64,000 nucleotides of DNA from Mobula birostris (Eukaryota): positions 29,880,782-29,944,781 of the forward strand of contig NC_092377.1 in the NCBI RefSeq assembly GCF_030028105.1, written 5' to 3'. This document shows, one piece after another, positions 1-12,000 of the stretch. Each line of letters opens with the position of its first letter. The stretch's first letter is position 1. The notes under the pieces are model-generated. The model made no database searches. It saw nothing but the letters and a program-made list of their open reading frames with translations, and was not told the DNA's origin. Position numbers and translations under genes: made by a program.

Positions 1-722
1 GTACAAAGTAAATGGCAGGATACTTGGTAGTGTGGAGGAGCAGAGGGATCTGGGGGTACATGTCCACAGATCCCTGAAAGTTGCCCCACAGGTAGATGGG
101 GTAGTTAAGAAAGCTTATGGGGTGTTAGCTTTCATAAGTCAAGGGATAGAGTTTAAGCGTCACGAGGTAATGATGCAGCTCTATAAAACTCTGGTTCAGC
201 CACACTTGGAGTACTGTGTCCAGTTCTGGTCGCTTCACTATAGGAAGGATGCAGAAGCATTGGAAAGGGTAAAGAGGAGATTTACCAGTATGCTGCCTGG
301 TTTAGGGTGTATGCATTATGATCAGAGATGAAGGAAGCTAGGGCTTTACTCTTTGGAGAGAAGGAGGATGAGAGGAGATTTGATAAGAGATACAAAATAT
401 TAAGAGGAATAGATAGACTGGACAGCCAGCGCCTCTTCCCCAGGGCACCACTGCTCATTACAGGAGGACATGGCTTTAAGGTAAGGGGTGGGAAGTTCAA
501 GCAGGATATTAGAGGAAGGTTTTTTTACTCAGAGAGTGGTTGGTACGTGGAATGCACTACCTGAGTCAGTGGTGGAGGCAGATACACTAGTGAAATTTAA
601 GAGACTACTAGACAGGTATATGGAGGAATTTAAGGTGGGGGGTTGTTATATGGGAGGCAGGGTTTAAGGGCTGGCACAACATTGTGTGCTGAAGGGCCTG
701 TACTGTGCTGTACTATTCTATG
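1..722 (+). mobile_element. CR1-clade LINE 3' fragment (RT C-terminus and 3' tail)
   Basis: QRDLGV...LYKTLVQPHLEYCVQFWS translation; tail gaagggcctgtactgtgctgtactattctatg. Confidence 0.9.
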
Positions 723-724
723 TT

Positions 725-1342
725 AGCTATCTCCTTGTCTACCGTTATTATTTCTGCAGCCTCATTTTCTAGCGGTCCTAGATCCACTCCATCTCTTTTT
801 TTTACATACTTGAAAAAGCTTTTATTATCCACTTTGATGTTGTCTGCTAGCTTGCTTTCATATTTTATCCTTTCCTTCCTAATGACTTTTTAGTTGCTCT
901 CTATAGAGTTTTAAAAACTTCCCCATCCTCTGTCTTTGCACTAATTTTTGCTTTGTTGTATGTTCTCTCTTTTGCTTTTACATTAGCTTGGTTGTACTAT
1001 TTTGCCATTTGAGTATTTCTTTGATTGTGGAATACATCTATCCCGCACCATCTTTATTCTTCCCAGAAACTCACACCATTGCTGCTCTGCTGTCATCCCT
1101 CCCAGCAATCTCCTTCCAATTTACATTGTCCAACTCCTCTCTCATACCACTGTAATTTTCTTTACTCCATTGAAATACTGTCAAACTTTACTTTCTCTCT
1201 ATCAGATTTCAAGTTGAACTCAATCATATTGTGATCACTGGTTCCAAAGGGTTCTTTTCCTTTTTTTTTTTTGGCGTGTGTGTGTGTGCGTCTGCCTGTG
1301 CATGATGTTGGCGGGATGATGTCTTTTTCATGCTTTTACAAG

Positions 1343-1382
<40 letters not shown>

Positions 1383-2975
1383 GTGGCGCGCCACTCCTCA
1401 CACAGACATTTCGCAGTATTTTTCCCTTTATTTTACGAGGTCGAGTTGCGATCTCGACACTCAACCCGGCACGGATGGAAAGCGGACCCGATTGGGTTCG
1501 AACCTGGGAACCTCCGTTCCAGAGTCCGGCGCTGATGTCATTGCGTCACTAGCCAGTCCTCAAAGGGTTCTTTTCCTAATTAGCTCCAGTTAATTACATA
1601 ACACCCAATCCAGTATAGCTGATTCCCTAGTAGGCTCAACAACAAACTGCACTAAAAAGCCATCTTGTAGCATTCAACAAGCTCACTCTCTTGAGATCCA
1701 TTGCCAACCTGATTTTTGCAATTGACCTGCACGTTGAGATCTCCCATGATTATCATAACATTGCCCTTTTGACACTACTTTTCTATTTCCTTTTGTAATC
1801 TGTGGTCCAGCCACTGTTGGAGTCCTTTTACCCTTGCAGTTTCTTAACTCAACCCCCATGGATTCAATATCTTCCGATCCTATGTCACACTTTTCTAATG
1901 ATTTGATGCCATTGTTTACCAGCAGAGCCACGCCATTTCCTCTGACTACCTTCCTATCCCTCCAATACAATGTGTAACCTTGGATATTCAGCTCCCAACT
2001 ACAACCAAAGCATTGATCTCTCACTACTGGCTGCAATTATGTCCCATCATCTACCTGCCCTCCTTGACAGTCTAACTGCATGTTATCTTTGCTTTTTTAC
2101 CATTCGTCCTATCCTGAGTTCCTTCACTCCGGTTCCCACACCTCTGTCAAATTAATTTAATCCCTCCTCAACAGCTCTAACAAACCTGCCCACGAGAATA
2201 TTGGTTCCCCTCCGGTTCAGGTGCAACATATCACTTTTCAACAGGTCATACCTCCTGTTTCCAATGATTCAAGAACCTGAAACCTTACCCCCTGCACTCA
2301 GCCATGTATTAATCTGCCAAGTCATCCTGTTTCTACCTTCACTAGCGCATGGCATAGGCAACAATCCAGAAATTACTACACGGGATGTCTTGCTTCTCAG
2401 CTATCTGCCTAGCTCTCCAAATTCTCTTTTCAGGATCTCTTTCCTTTTCCTTCCTGTGCCATTGGTACCAATATGTACCAAGACATCTGGCTGCTCTCTG
2501 TCTCTCTCCAAAATGTTGTGAACATGATCAGAGTCGTCCCAGACTCTGATACCTGGGAGGCAACATACCACCAGCATGTCCCGGTCACGTCCATAGAATC
2601 TCCTGTCTGTTCCCCTGACTATTGAGTCCCCTATCACTATCACTCCCCTCTTTTCCTTCTGCACCATGGACCCATGCTCAGTGCCAGTAACCCGGTCTCC
2701 TTGGCGTTCTCCTGGGAGGTTATCCCTCACAACAGTATCAAAAGGGGTATACTTATTTTTTAGGGGAATGGCCATAGGGGTGCTCTGTGCTAACTACTTA
2801 TTTACATTTCTCCTGCCAGTCACCCAGCTACTCGCCTCCTGCAGCTTTGGGGTGACTACTTCCCTGTAACTCTGATCGATTATCTCCTCACTGTCCTGCA
2901 CAAGCTGAAGATCATCCAGTTGCTGCTCCATATCCCTAACATGGATATGCAGGATAGAACAAGGAACTGCAGCTA
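725..2975 (-). mobile_element. Degenerate CR1 LINE: ORF1 SGNH-esterase-like region and endonuclease region
   Basis: VIVIGDSIVRGTDRRF...CCLPG...VLVHIGTN (ORF 2401..2775); WELNIQGYTLY..DR..GVALLV (ORF 1683..2036). Confidence 0.8.
1262..1560 (-). mobile_element. tRNA-derived SINE with internal (TC)n tract, A-tail and 17-bp TSD
   Basis: B box GGTTCGAACCC on the minus strand; TSD caaagggttcttttcct at 1245-1261 and 1561-1577. Confidence 0.85.
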
Positions 2976-2977
2976 GA

Positions 2978-3490
2978 TCCGGTTTGTAGGATTCCCTGTG
3001 AACGTGGAGCAGCATATATCAGCCACACGTAACACACGGTGGAAACCTGCATCAAGGAGCACAGGTGTATCTGTTTTGAGCTACCTGGAGAAAATCAGCG
3101 GTAGCAGAACACTGTATTCGCAATGGCCATAGGCACAAAATGATTTTGACAGCACAAAACTATGTGCTGCGCCAAGGGCTTTTGGGACTACCTGCTGAAG
3201 GAAGCCATTGAAATAAAACTAGAGGAAAAGAACTTTAAAAAAGGTGGTCTTGCTCCAAGTATGAACTGGAATTTAATTGTAAACGAAGTGGAAAAGTGGA
3301 GACCTGATTGGATGAGGACTAACCAATCAGAAGGGACAGACGGGGATATAAATACCACCAGACTAGATATGCCTAGGCATCATCCCTTATGAAGATGGCA
3401 CAATTGGTCATCAAGTCATCAGCTACAATTGATACCCAGATGGAAGCACAAGAGTTTATTCGTTATATATGCCAGGAGAGCAATAGATCC
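2978..3490 (+). mobile_element. Penelope-like element fragment (GIY-YIG C-terminus)
   Basis: Degenerate RIPCE..YI...TVETCIKEHR..KSAVAEHCIRNGH..LLKEAIEI translation. Confidence 0.65.
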
Positions 3491-3669
3491 TTTTTCAGAC
3501 TACAGGAGTTAAAGGAACAGATTTCTAGTCCATTTCTAGTAATAAAGTCAAAAATAAGCTTACAATTAGAGAGCTTACATTCAAAAATATAAAATGAATG
3601 CCAAATTTGCCACTGAATCTGGGTTTAACTAGACATTTGCACTGTGTATAGTTCTTATAGTTTAGTACT

Positions 3670-5590
3670 ACAGTGCTGATTGAGAAGTTGCAGAACCTAA
3701 GCCTACGTACCTCCCTCCGTAAATGGATCCTCGACTTCCTAACTGGAAGATCACAATCCGTGCAGATTGTAAATAATATCTCCACCTCCCTGACAATCAA
3801 CACTGGTGCACTTCAAGGATGTGTGCTAAGCCCACTGCTCTGCTGTCTGCAGCCATGACTGCGTCACTGGGCACAGCTCAAATGCCATCTTTAAATTTGC
3901 TGACAGAATTGTTGGCAGAATTTCAAACTATGATGAGAGGGTGCACAGGAGTGAGATATCTCAGCTAGTTGAGTGATATCAGCTAGATATCGCAGCAACG
4001 ACCTTGCACTCAGTGTCAGTCAGACCAAAGAACTGACTGTGGACTTCAGGAAGGGTAAAACAAGGGAACACACACCAGTTCTCATAGAGAGATCAGAAGT
4101 GAAAAGAGTGAGCAATTTCAAGTTCCTGGGTGTCAATAACTCTGAGCATCTAACCTGGACCAAACATATCAATGCAGTTACAAAGAAGCCACAATAGTGG
4201 CTATATTTCGTTAGGAGTTTCAGATGATTTGGTACATCACCAAAGACACTCACAAATTTCTACAGTTGTTCCAAGCAGAGTATACTAGCTGGCTGCATCA
4301 GTGTCTGGTATGTGGGGGGGGTGGGTGGGGGAAGAGTATTCTATCTGGCTGCATCACTGGTCTGTGGGGAGGGGAAGAGTATTCTAGCTGGCTGCATCAC
4401 TGGTCTGTGGGGAGGGGCAGAGTATTCTAGCTGGCTGCATCACTGTCTGGTATATGGGGGGGGAGTATTCTAGCTGGCTGCATCACTGTCTGGTATGTGG
4501 GGGGGGCAGAGTATTCTAGCTGGCTGCATCACTGTCTGGTCTGTGGGGAGGGGCAGAGTATTCTAGCTGGCTGCATCACTGTCTGGTATATGGGGAGGGG
4601 CAGAGTATTCTTGCTGGCTGCATCAGTGTCTGGTATGGGTGGGGGAGTATTCTATCTGGCTGCATCACTGTCTGGTATATGGGGGGGGAGTATTCTATCT
4701 GGCTGCATCACTGTCTGGTATGTGGGGCGGGCAGAGTATTCTATCTGGCTGCATCACTGTCTGGTATATGGGGGGAGTATTCTATCTGGCTGCATCACTG
4801 TCTGGTATATGGGGGGAGTATTCTATCTGGCTGCATCACTGTCTGATATATGGGGGGGGAGTATTCTAGCTGGCTGCATCACTGTCTGGTATATGGGGGG
4901 GGAGTATTCTAGCTGGCTGCATCACTGTCTAGTATATGGGGGGGGGAGTATTCTAGCTGGCTGCATCACTGTCTGGTATATGGGGGGGAGTATTCTATCT
5001 GGCTGCATCACTGTCTGGTATATGGGGGGGGAGTATTCTATCTGGCTGCATCACTGTCTGGTATATGGGGGGAGTATTCTATCTGGCTGCATCACTGTCT
5101 GGTATATGGGGGGGGGAGTATTCTATCTGGCTGCATCACTGTCTGGTATATGGGGGGGGGGGTGCTACTGCACAGGATCACAATAAGCTGCAGAACTTAG
5201 TCAGCTCCATCATGGGCACTAGCCTCCGTAATATCCAAGACATTAAGGAGCAATGCCTCAAAAAAGCGACATCCATCATAAAGGACCCCAATCACCCGGG
5301 TCATGCCTCATTCTCATTGCTACCATCAGGATGGAGATACAGAAGTCTGAAGACACACACTCAATGTTTTAAGAACAGCTTCGTCCCCTCTGCCATCCAA
5401 TTTATGAATGGACAATGAACACATGAACACCGCCTCACTCCTTTTTTCAAGTTTCCTATTAGTTGTGCTTATTTAACTATTTATTTACTGTAATACAGTT
5501 TTATTCTAATGTATTGCATTGTACTGTTGCTGCAAAGGCAAAAAAATTATACAACATATGCTGATGATATTAAACCTGATTCTCATTATC
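3670..5590 (+). mobile_element. Rex1/Babar-type LINE 3' part interrupted by a minisatellite
   Basis: [32 protein letters not shown]; [24 protein letters not shown]; tail gatattaaacctgattct. Confidence 0.85.
4278..5162 (+). repeat. Minisatellite, 20 copies of a ~41-47 bp unit gagtattcta(t/g)ctggctgcatcactgtctggtatatg(g)n
   Basis: Counted 20 occurrences of ggctgcatca; unit length varies mainly in the G run. Confidence 0.97.
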
Positions 5591-5961
5591 ATCATGTTGT
5601 ATTGAAAATAGAGGCACTTGAGAGAATCTAACAGCTTGTCAAGTTGTAACCCATCACTAAGAAATAAAAATGGGGAATTTAGAAAAGATATTTTCCCCAG
5701 ATTGTGGCCAAACAACAATAAGTATTGACATATTTAAGGTGAAGCTAAATGAGCACATGAAGGAAATATGTATACTGATTAGAATGGTTGAGTCAAATGA
5801 CAGATTTTCATACTAGACACTTCCAGTAAAGAAAATACTGTTTCTTAAAACCTTCAACTTTTGGCAGCTGAGCAAACTATAAAATAAAGGAAATAAGTAA
5901 TTCTGCCAATTGGTCTTGGAAAAGTACATTTGCCTGCAGTAGTGGACTATTCTGAAATCAC

Positions 5962-6040
5962 CTGCTTCTTCAAGTGCCACTCGCATTTCATGTGAACTCA
6001 TGGTGCCAGATTCATCAGCATCCAACTTCTTGAAGATTTT
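5962..6040 (-). CDS. capn2: Calpain exon 18 (79 nt): [26 protein letters not shown](G), EF-hand
   Basis: tag acceptor, gtgatt donor; DxDxSG EF-hand loop. Confidence 0.95.
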
Positions 6041-9000
6041 CTAAATGAAGAAAAGATGAATGTTTATTGTCGTATGGGCATGTGTTGATATAATGAAAAA
6101 CTTGCTTGAAGGAGCATTAAAGACTGACAGGTGTGTCTGCTGAGCTGCGTTTCATGGGATAGGGAAGGTCAGGCATGAAAAAGTCACATTGTAAGCAATT
6201 GCACAAATTGAGCTTTTATAAAACAATGCATCTCATGTACCTCCCACTTATGTCTAAATTACAGTCACCTCCCTTGTATTTGACGATTGTATATTCACTT
6301 GTTCTAAGAATCTTTGTAAATTAGTTATTCAATTAGGAAATGGTGCATGTAATCACCACCACTATACTGCAGAGTCTTGGAGCTAATTTTCATAGACAGA
6401 ATTAAACAAATTGATATCAACTCAAACACCTGTTAAAGGTCATCTCAACCAAATGGTGTCAGAGTGGGTCCTGATAAATGAAGTGTCTGTGGGCATGTTT
6501 TCTTTTAAAGCAGCTAATATGGGAGCACAGGAAACATCTTTATAAAAACACAATTTCAAATAGGAAACATCTTTATAAAAACACAATTACCAACATCTTC
6601 TGTAACTTGTTCCAAAACAGCTTGAATTCGACTAGTCCAATTTTTCCCGATCCATCCTTCTGTTTTACCATTCTTATTGAGGAAGACTACTTAGAAAAGG
6701 TATTAGAATATAGCAGCACAAGAACTGGCCCGTCACCCCATGATGTGTTACTGAACTAAATAAACTAATCCCTTCTGCCTGCTCAGGTCCATATCCCTCC
6801 TTTCTCTGAACATGTAACAACGAGCCCCTTAAATGTTTCCGTTATATTTTCCTTCATCACACCCCTGGCAACACATACCTGGTACCCACCACCCCGAGTA
6901 TAAAAAAACCCTGCTCTGCACATCTCCTCCAGGCTTACTCATTTCTAACCATAAATGCATGCCCCCTTGTATTCGACATTTTGACCCAGGGAAAAAGATA
7001 CTGCCTGTCTACTCTATTTAAGATCCCCATAATCTTATAAACTTTATTAGAGCTTCCCTCAGACTCTGCTACTCATGAAAAACATCCGAAGTTTGTCCAT
7101 CCTCTCTTCATAGCACTTGCCCTTAATCCAGACAATGCTCGGCTTAACCTCTCACGTCCCTCACCAAAACCTTGACATCCTTCCTATACTGTGACCAGAA
7201 TTAGATGTAATACTCCAAATGCAATCTAACTAGAGTTTTATAAAGCTGCCACATAAGTTCCTATTCCTGCATTCAATACCTCAACTAATAAAGGCAAACA
7301 TGTCATATGCCTTCTTTGCTACCCTATCAACTTGTGTGGTCACTTCCAGGGAGCTATGGACTAGGACCCCAAGATCCATCTGCACTACACCACTGTTCAG
7401 GGTTTTGCCATCAACTGTGTATTGTCCCCTTGCACTTTCAGAGATCAACTGCAACACCTCACACTTGTCCAGACTATCTGTCTGCCATTTCTCTTAACAT
7501 ATGTCAATTCAATTTCTATCCCACTGTATCTTTTGGAAATCTACACTATGCAAAATGTCACTAATCTTTGTATCATCTGCAAACTTAACATGATTTCATC
7601 CAAATGATTTATATATAAACAAACATCAGAGATTACAACTATTTTTTTTATTTCTTTCAATCCCACCAATCCCCAGAGCAAATGATAATTCGGGGTGAAT
7701 GCTCATCCAGGTCGACTGGGTTAAGACCAGCTTTTGGTGAGGCTATTTGGCATTTAGAAAAGAGGGACACCCAGTATATTGAGTCAGGAGCGCATGGCAT
7801 GATGGCAAACATAATTCCTGTTGCAATCTCTTCAATCTCTGTCTGGTCATGTCAAAAAAAAAGAGAAAAGAACTTCTCCAAGAAAACAAAACAAAAAAGG
7901 CAATTAATTGTTCCTATAAAGCACTGTATGACTGCCGATCAGAGATCTAGGTGCAGAATACCTGCTTGGTAAGAGGGCATTAATAATGTTTGCATTGTGA
8001 TTTTTCAATCAATTGAAAAGTTTTGTGTTCAATAGAGTAGACTGTGGAATCTGATTTTTCTCTCATCTTTATAGTTATTAAAAGGATACATCCATTAGAC
8101 TGATTACATTTCGACAGGTCTCCAAAGAAAAGCCATCAGTTTTAATGTCTTCACCTTGAAGAGAAAAAATATATTTAAAGGAACAATATTTACACAACAG
8201 TACAGATGCAACCCGTCTTCCCGTGCAATTTACTTGGAAAGACCCATCCTTTATTTCATTCGCAATCCATGTAGTTTTTAAGCATTTCTCTCAGTAGAAT
8301 GTTCAGCAATACCTGTGATTGTATTTATAGCTTTTATTAAATTTAGATGACACTCATTTCTTCCATATAGTGGATTATTTCATAGAGTACAGGAAGCTGA
8401 AATTCTTGTTTGTTTATTTCCATATTGACCATTACGAAATTGTAGGAAACCCATCTGTAAGCTGGGTTCTAGGATTCATGCTGAATTACACATCCATAGA
8501 TCTAAGTAAATTCAGGGAAAGGGTAGAGTTTGGTGTTTTATTTTCTTCCAAATGGAACAAAGAAGGAAATTGACTTATTTCACTTAACTGAAGAAACCCT
8601 GATGTAACTTTGCAACATTAAACTGGTTCTGTCTTATACATGCACTGATCATACAAGAAACCTGCCGTTTTATTCCAGCTCTCCCCAACCTGGATCCATC
8701 ACAGTAACTTTTCAAATTCCAACCCATCCAAAATCAGCAAATGGAACAATGACCATGATTAAATTTAGGCTTCAGGTATACCAAGGTTAGCACTCTATTC
8801 CACTGAATTACTCAAGAGTCATAGAACAATACAGTCCTTTGACCCATCTAGACCATGCTGAACTATTAACCTGACTAGTCCCATTGACTGACCAGAACCA
8901 TAGCCCTCCATATCCCATCTATCCATATGCCTATCCAAATTTCTCTTAAAGGCTGAAATCAAACCTACACCCACCACTACCACTGGCAGCTTGTTCCCGA

Positions 9001-12000
9001 CTCTCTGCACCCTCTGAAAGAAGCTCCCCCTCATGTTCACCTTAACTTTTTCACCTTTTACCATTAACCCATGACCTCCGGTTCTAGTCTCACCCAAACT
9101 CAGTGGAAAAAGCCTGCTTGCATTTACACTAACTATAGCCGTCACAATTGTATATACCTCTATAAAATCTCCCCTTAATCTTCTACGTTCCAGGGAATAT
9201 ATTCCCAACCTATTTAACCTTCCCCTAGAACTCAGGTCCTCAAGTCCCAGCAACATCCTTGTAAATTATCTTTCCCGTAGGTAGGTGACCAAACTGGACA
9301 CAGCACTCCAAATTAGGCCTCACCAACATCTTATGCCACTTCAACATAGCATCCCAACTCCTGTACTCAATAATTTCATTTATGAAGGCCAATGTGCCAA
9401 ACACTCTCTTTATGACCCTATCTACCTGTGACACCACTTTCATGGAACACACTGTCCTGCCTTACTCTTCAGTGCCCTACCGCTCACTGTGTAAGCCCTG
9501 TCCTGGGTTGTCGTCCCAAAGTGCAATGGCTCACACCTCTCTGCATTAAATTCCATCTGCCATTTTCAACATTTTTACAGCTGATCCAAATCCCGCTGCA
9601 AACTTTGATAGCCTTCCTTGCTGTACCCAATCTTGGTATTACGTGCAAATGTACCATGATTTTATTCATTCACTCAGTATGCAGGTAACAAATTCAAATT
9701 GGAGCATCAGTACCATCAGTGGATGAGCCTACATAATAAATTTACTTACGGTTGGATACAATTTTGTTCAGTATTCTTTGCAGCTCAAAAGCAGAAATCT
9801 CTGCATCCTGAGTTTAAAAAAAGCAAAAGAGAAGCAAAGTTCAAATAACTGCCATGTCAGTCTTACAAAGCCTGTCCCTATCTAAATGCCACGATCAGTC
9901 TTTTGCCTCAAAATGGGTAGAATGAAAAATATAATTTCACTCTTGGGGCTTCAGCTGTAAGGAGAGATTGGATAGGTTGGGCTTATTTTCAGTGGAATGT
10001 GAAAGTCTGAGGGATGACCATACTGAAGTTTGGGAAATGATGAGAGGCCCAAGTAGGCCATATAGTCAGTCTTTAACTCAGGATAAGGTATCTAGCAGGA
10101 GGAAAGTGCATAGTTTTAAGATCAGCAGGGAAAAAAATTAAAAGGGGATTGAGGGGCAAGTTCTTCCACAAAGGTACTGAACTCGAGGTAGCAAGAAGGA
10201 ACTGCCAGTGAAGGGGATAGTGGCAGATACAATTACAAAGTTGAAAATCCATTCAGACAGGTACTTTGATAGGAAAGGTACAGAAGAATAAGGACCGTGG
10301 AAAAATGTTTACAATGTAAAGAGACAACATGTTGATGCGGACAAATAGAGACACGTTGGCCCTTTTCTGTGCTGTGCAATTCTATGAGAACCAGCTGTGG
10401 AGAATCGGAGAGTAATACAAAACAAAAACAAGCCCTTCGGCCCGGCTGTCCAAAATGTTCAAGGCATCCCCCTCACTAGTCGCACTTGCCTGCATTCGCC
10501 CCAAACTCTCCAAGCCCCTTCCTTCTATGTACCTATTCAAATACCTCAAACAGGACATGCTACACTGGTTAGATATTAAGGAAATCAAAAGGAACAAGGG
10601 TAGTCCAGGAAAATGGAGCAAGAGTGAATTTCACAAATTGCTCAAAGAGCCAGATAGATAACACTGCTCTAATTTTATATGTACAAACCTCAAATTTTAA
10701 TTCCAATTTGAATGCATTTTACTGCCTTTTCTCATATTTAAATTGTTTTCTGGTGGAATACTGGTTAACGTAAAAAACCATTGGCAATTGAATCATAGTT
10801 ATAAATTTGACTATAAACCATAGTGGGTTATTGTCATTATGTCCTAAATATTCTCCTGGGCCTCAAATCAGCTGTTTATAAAGTTGCAGAATCTGAAACT
10901 GCTCTGCATCTTCACGATATCTGAACACTTGCAATTCAACAAGGGACTTAACTAAATAGTGAAAATCCCTTGTGTGTTTGTCAAACCCATTTTGCCTCTG
11001 CCCATTTCAGTTCGTACTCATGGATTGTTTCTCTAATAATCAGTAAGATTAAGGTCACAAAAAATAACCTCAGTGGTAAAGCATTTGTCTTACCTCTCCC
11101 GCTAAATAATCAAACAAATTCGCGAAGTTCTTACTAATGTCTTCTTCATCAACCTTTAGAAATTTTTTTTCAGAAAAGAAAATAATTAAGAACACTTTAT
11201 ATGGTAATGAATATAGCAAGGAGAGAGAGAGACACACACAGACAGATAGAAATTAACAAGTATACATTACAGTGCAGCAGATCTGGGAATTTATCATTTC
11301 CAATGCAAAAACTTAAGTATTAAATGCACAAAATGCTTGCACTCTGCATAAAGATATCCAGTCATGTCTGGTACCCTGGGACCATCCTGAATGAAAACTC
11401 CATGTGTGAGTGGGGGAGTTGGGGGGGGGGGGTGAAAACAGAAAAAGGCCTGTCACCTTTATTGATATTTTTGGGTTAATTTTTACAATTTTTCGGAGGA
11501 TCAATTTAAAAGTCATTGATTGCTCCATCTTTCTTCATCCACAATGAGGTTGAAAGATCACCTTTGCAGACTCCACAGTTCCATCAAACCATCTGCCTGG
11601 TCCTTGTATTATTCATAAATTTTCACCCTCACTTCAATGCAGTTTAATCTATATTCCTTTTTAAAACAATAGCTTTATGTCCCACACCTGTAACTCAGTT
11701 TAGAAGTTACTTGGATCTCACATTAGGTTTACACATTATCATGTTTACAACATTATTATATTGTCCAACTCCATTCCTTTCAAGACTGTAAACCTCATGT
11801 TTTTGTGTTCATCATGACCTAGAACACTCGATCATGTGGGAGCGTTTTGCTGGCTCACATTTACACACTTATGGTTGAATGCATCTGTAGCCACGACAGG
11901 AGAGATTACCCAAGCCACAATCAGACTGGAATAAACTATTGTTTCATCAGGGATTAATACTCTTTCATAGAAGAATTCCATTCAGTTCTGCCCCAACCAT

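Noticed and set aside
1480-1560. tRNA gene (also 47870-47943)
   Set aside because: A/B boxes are present but continue into SINE bodies and tails; no proper cloverleaf end.
4278-5162. CRISPR-like array of ~35-bp repeats
   Set aside because: No unique spacers (only variable G runs), eukaryotic context, no cas genes, and the unit derives from LINE coding sequence.
4497-5186. 229-aa repetitive ORF and overlapping ORFs
   Set aside because: By-product of a stop-poor tandem repeat; no promoter or splice support.
1-5961. Calpain exons 19-21
   Set aside because: No segment translating to the expected IDFDNF/LETLF-type motifs; the region is almost entirely repeats, so these exons are presumed to lie beyond the window start.
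6529-6588. 27-bp direct repeat beside the exon 17 donor
   Set aside because: Simple local duplication; the second copy lacks the GT, so it creates no alternative donor.
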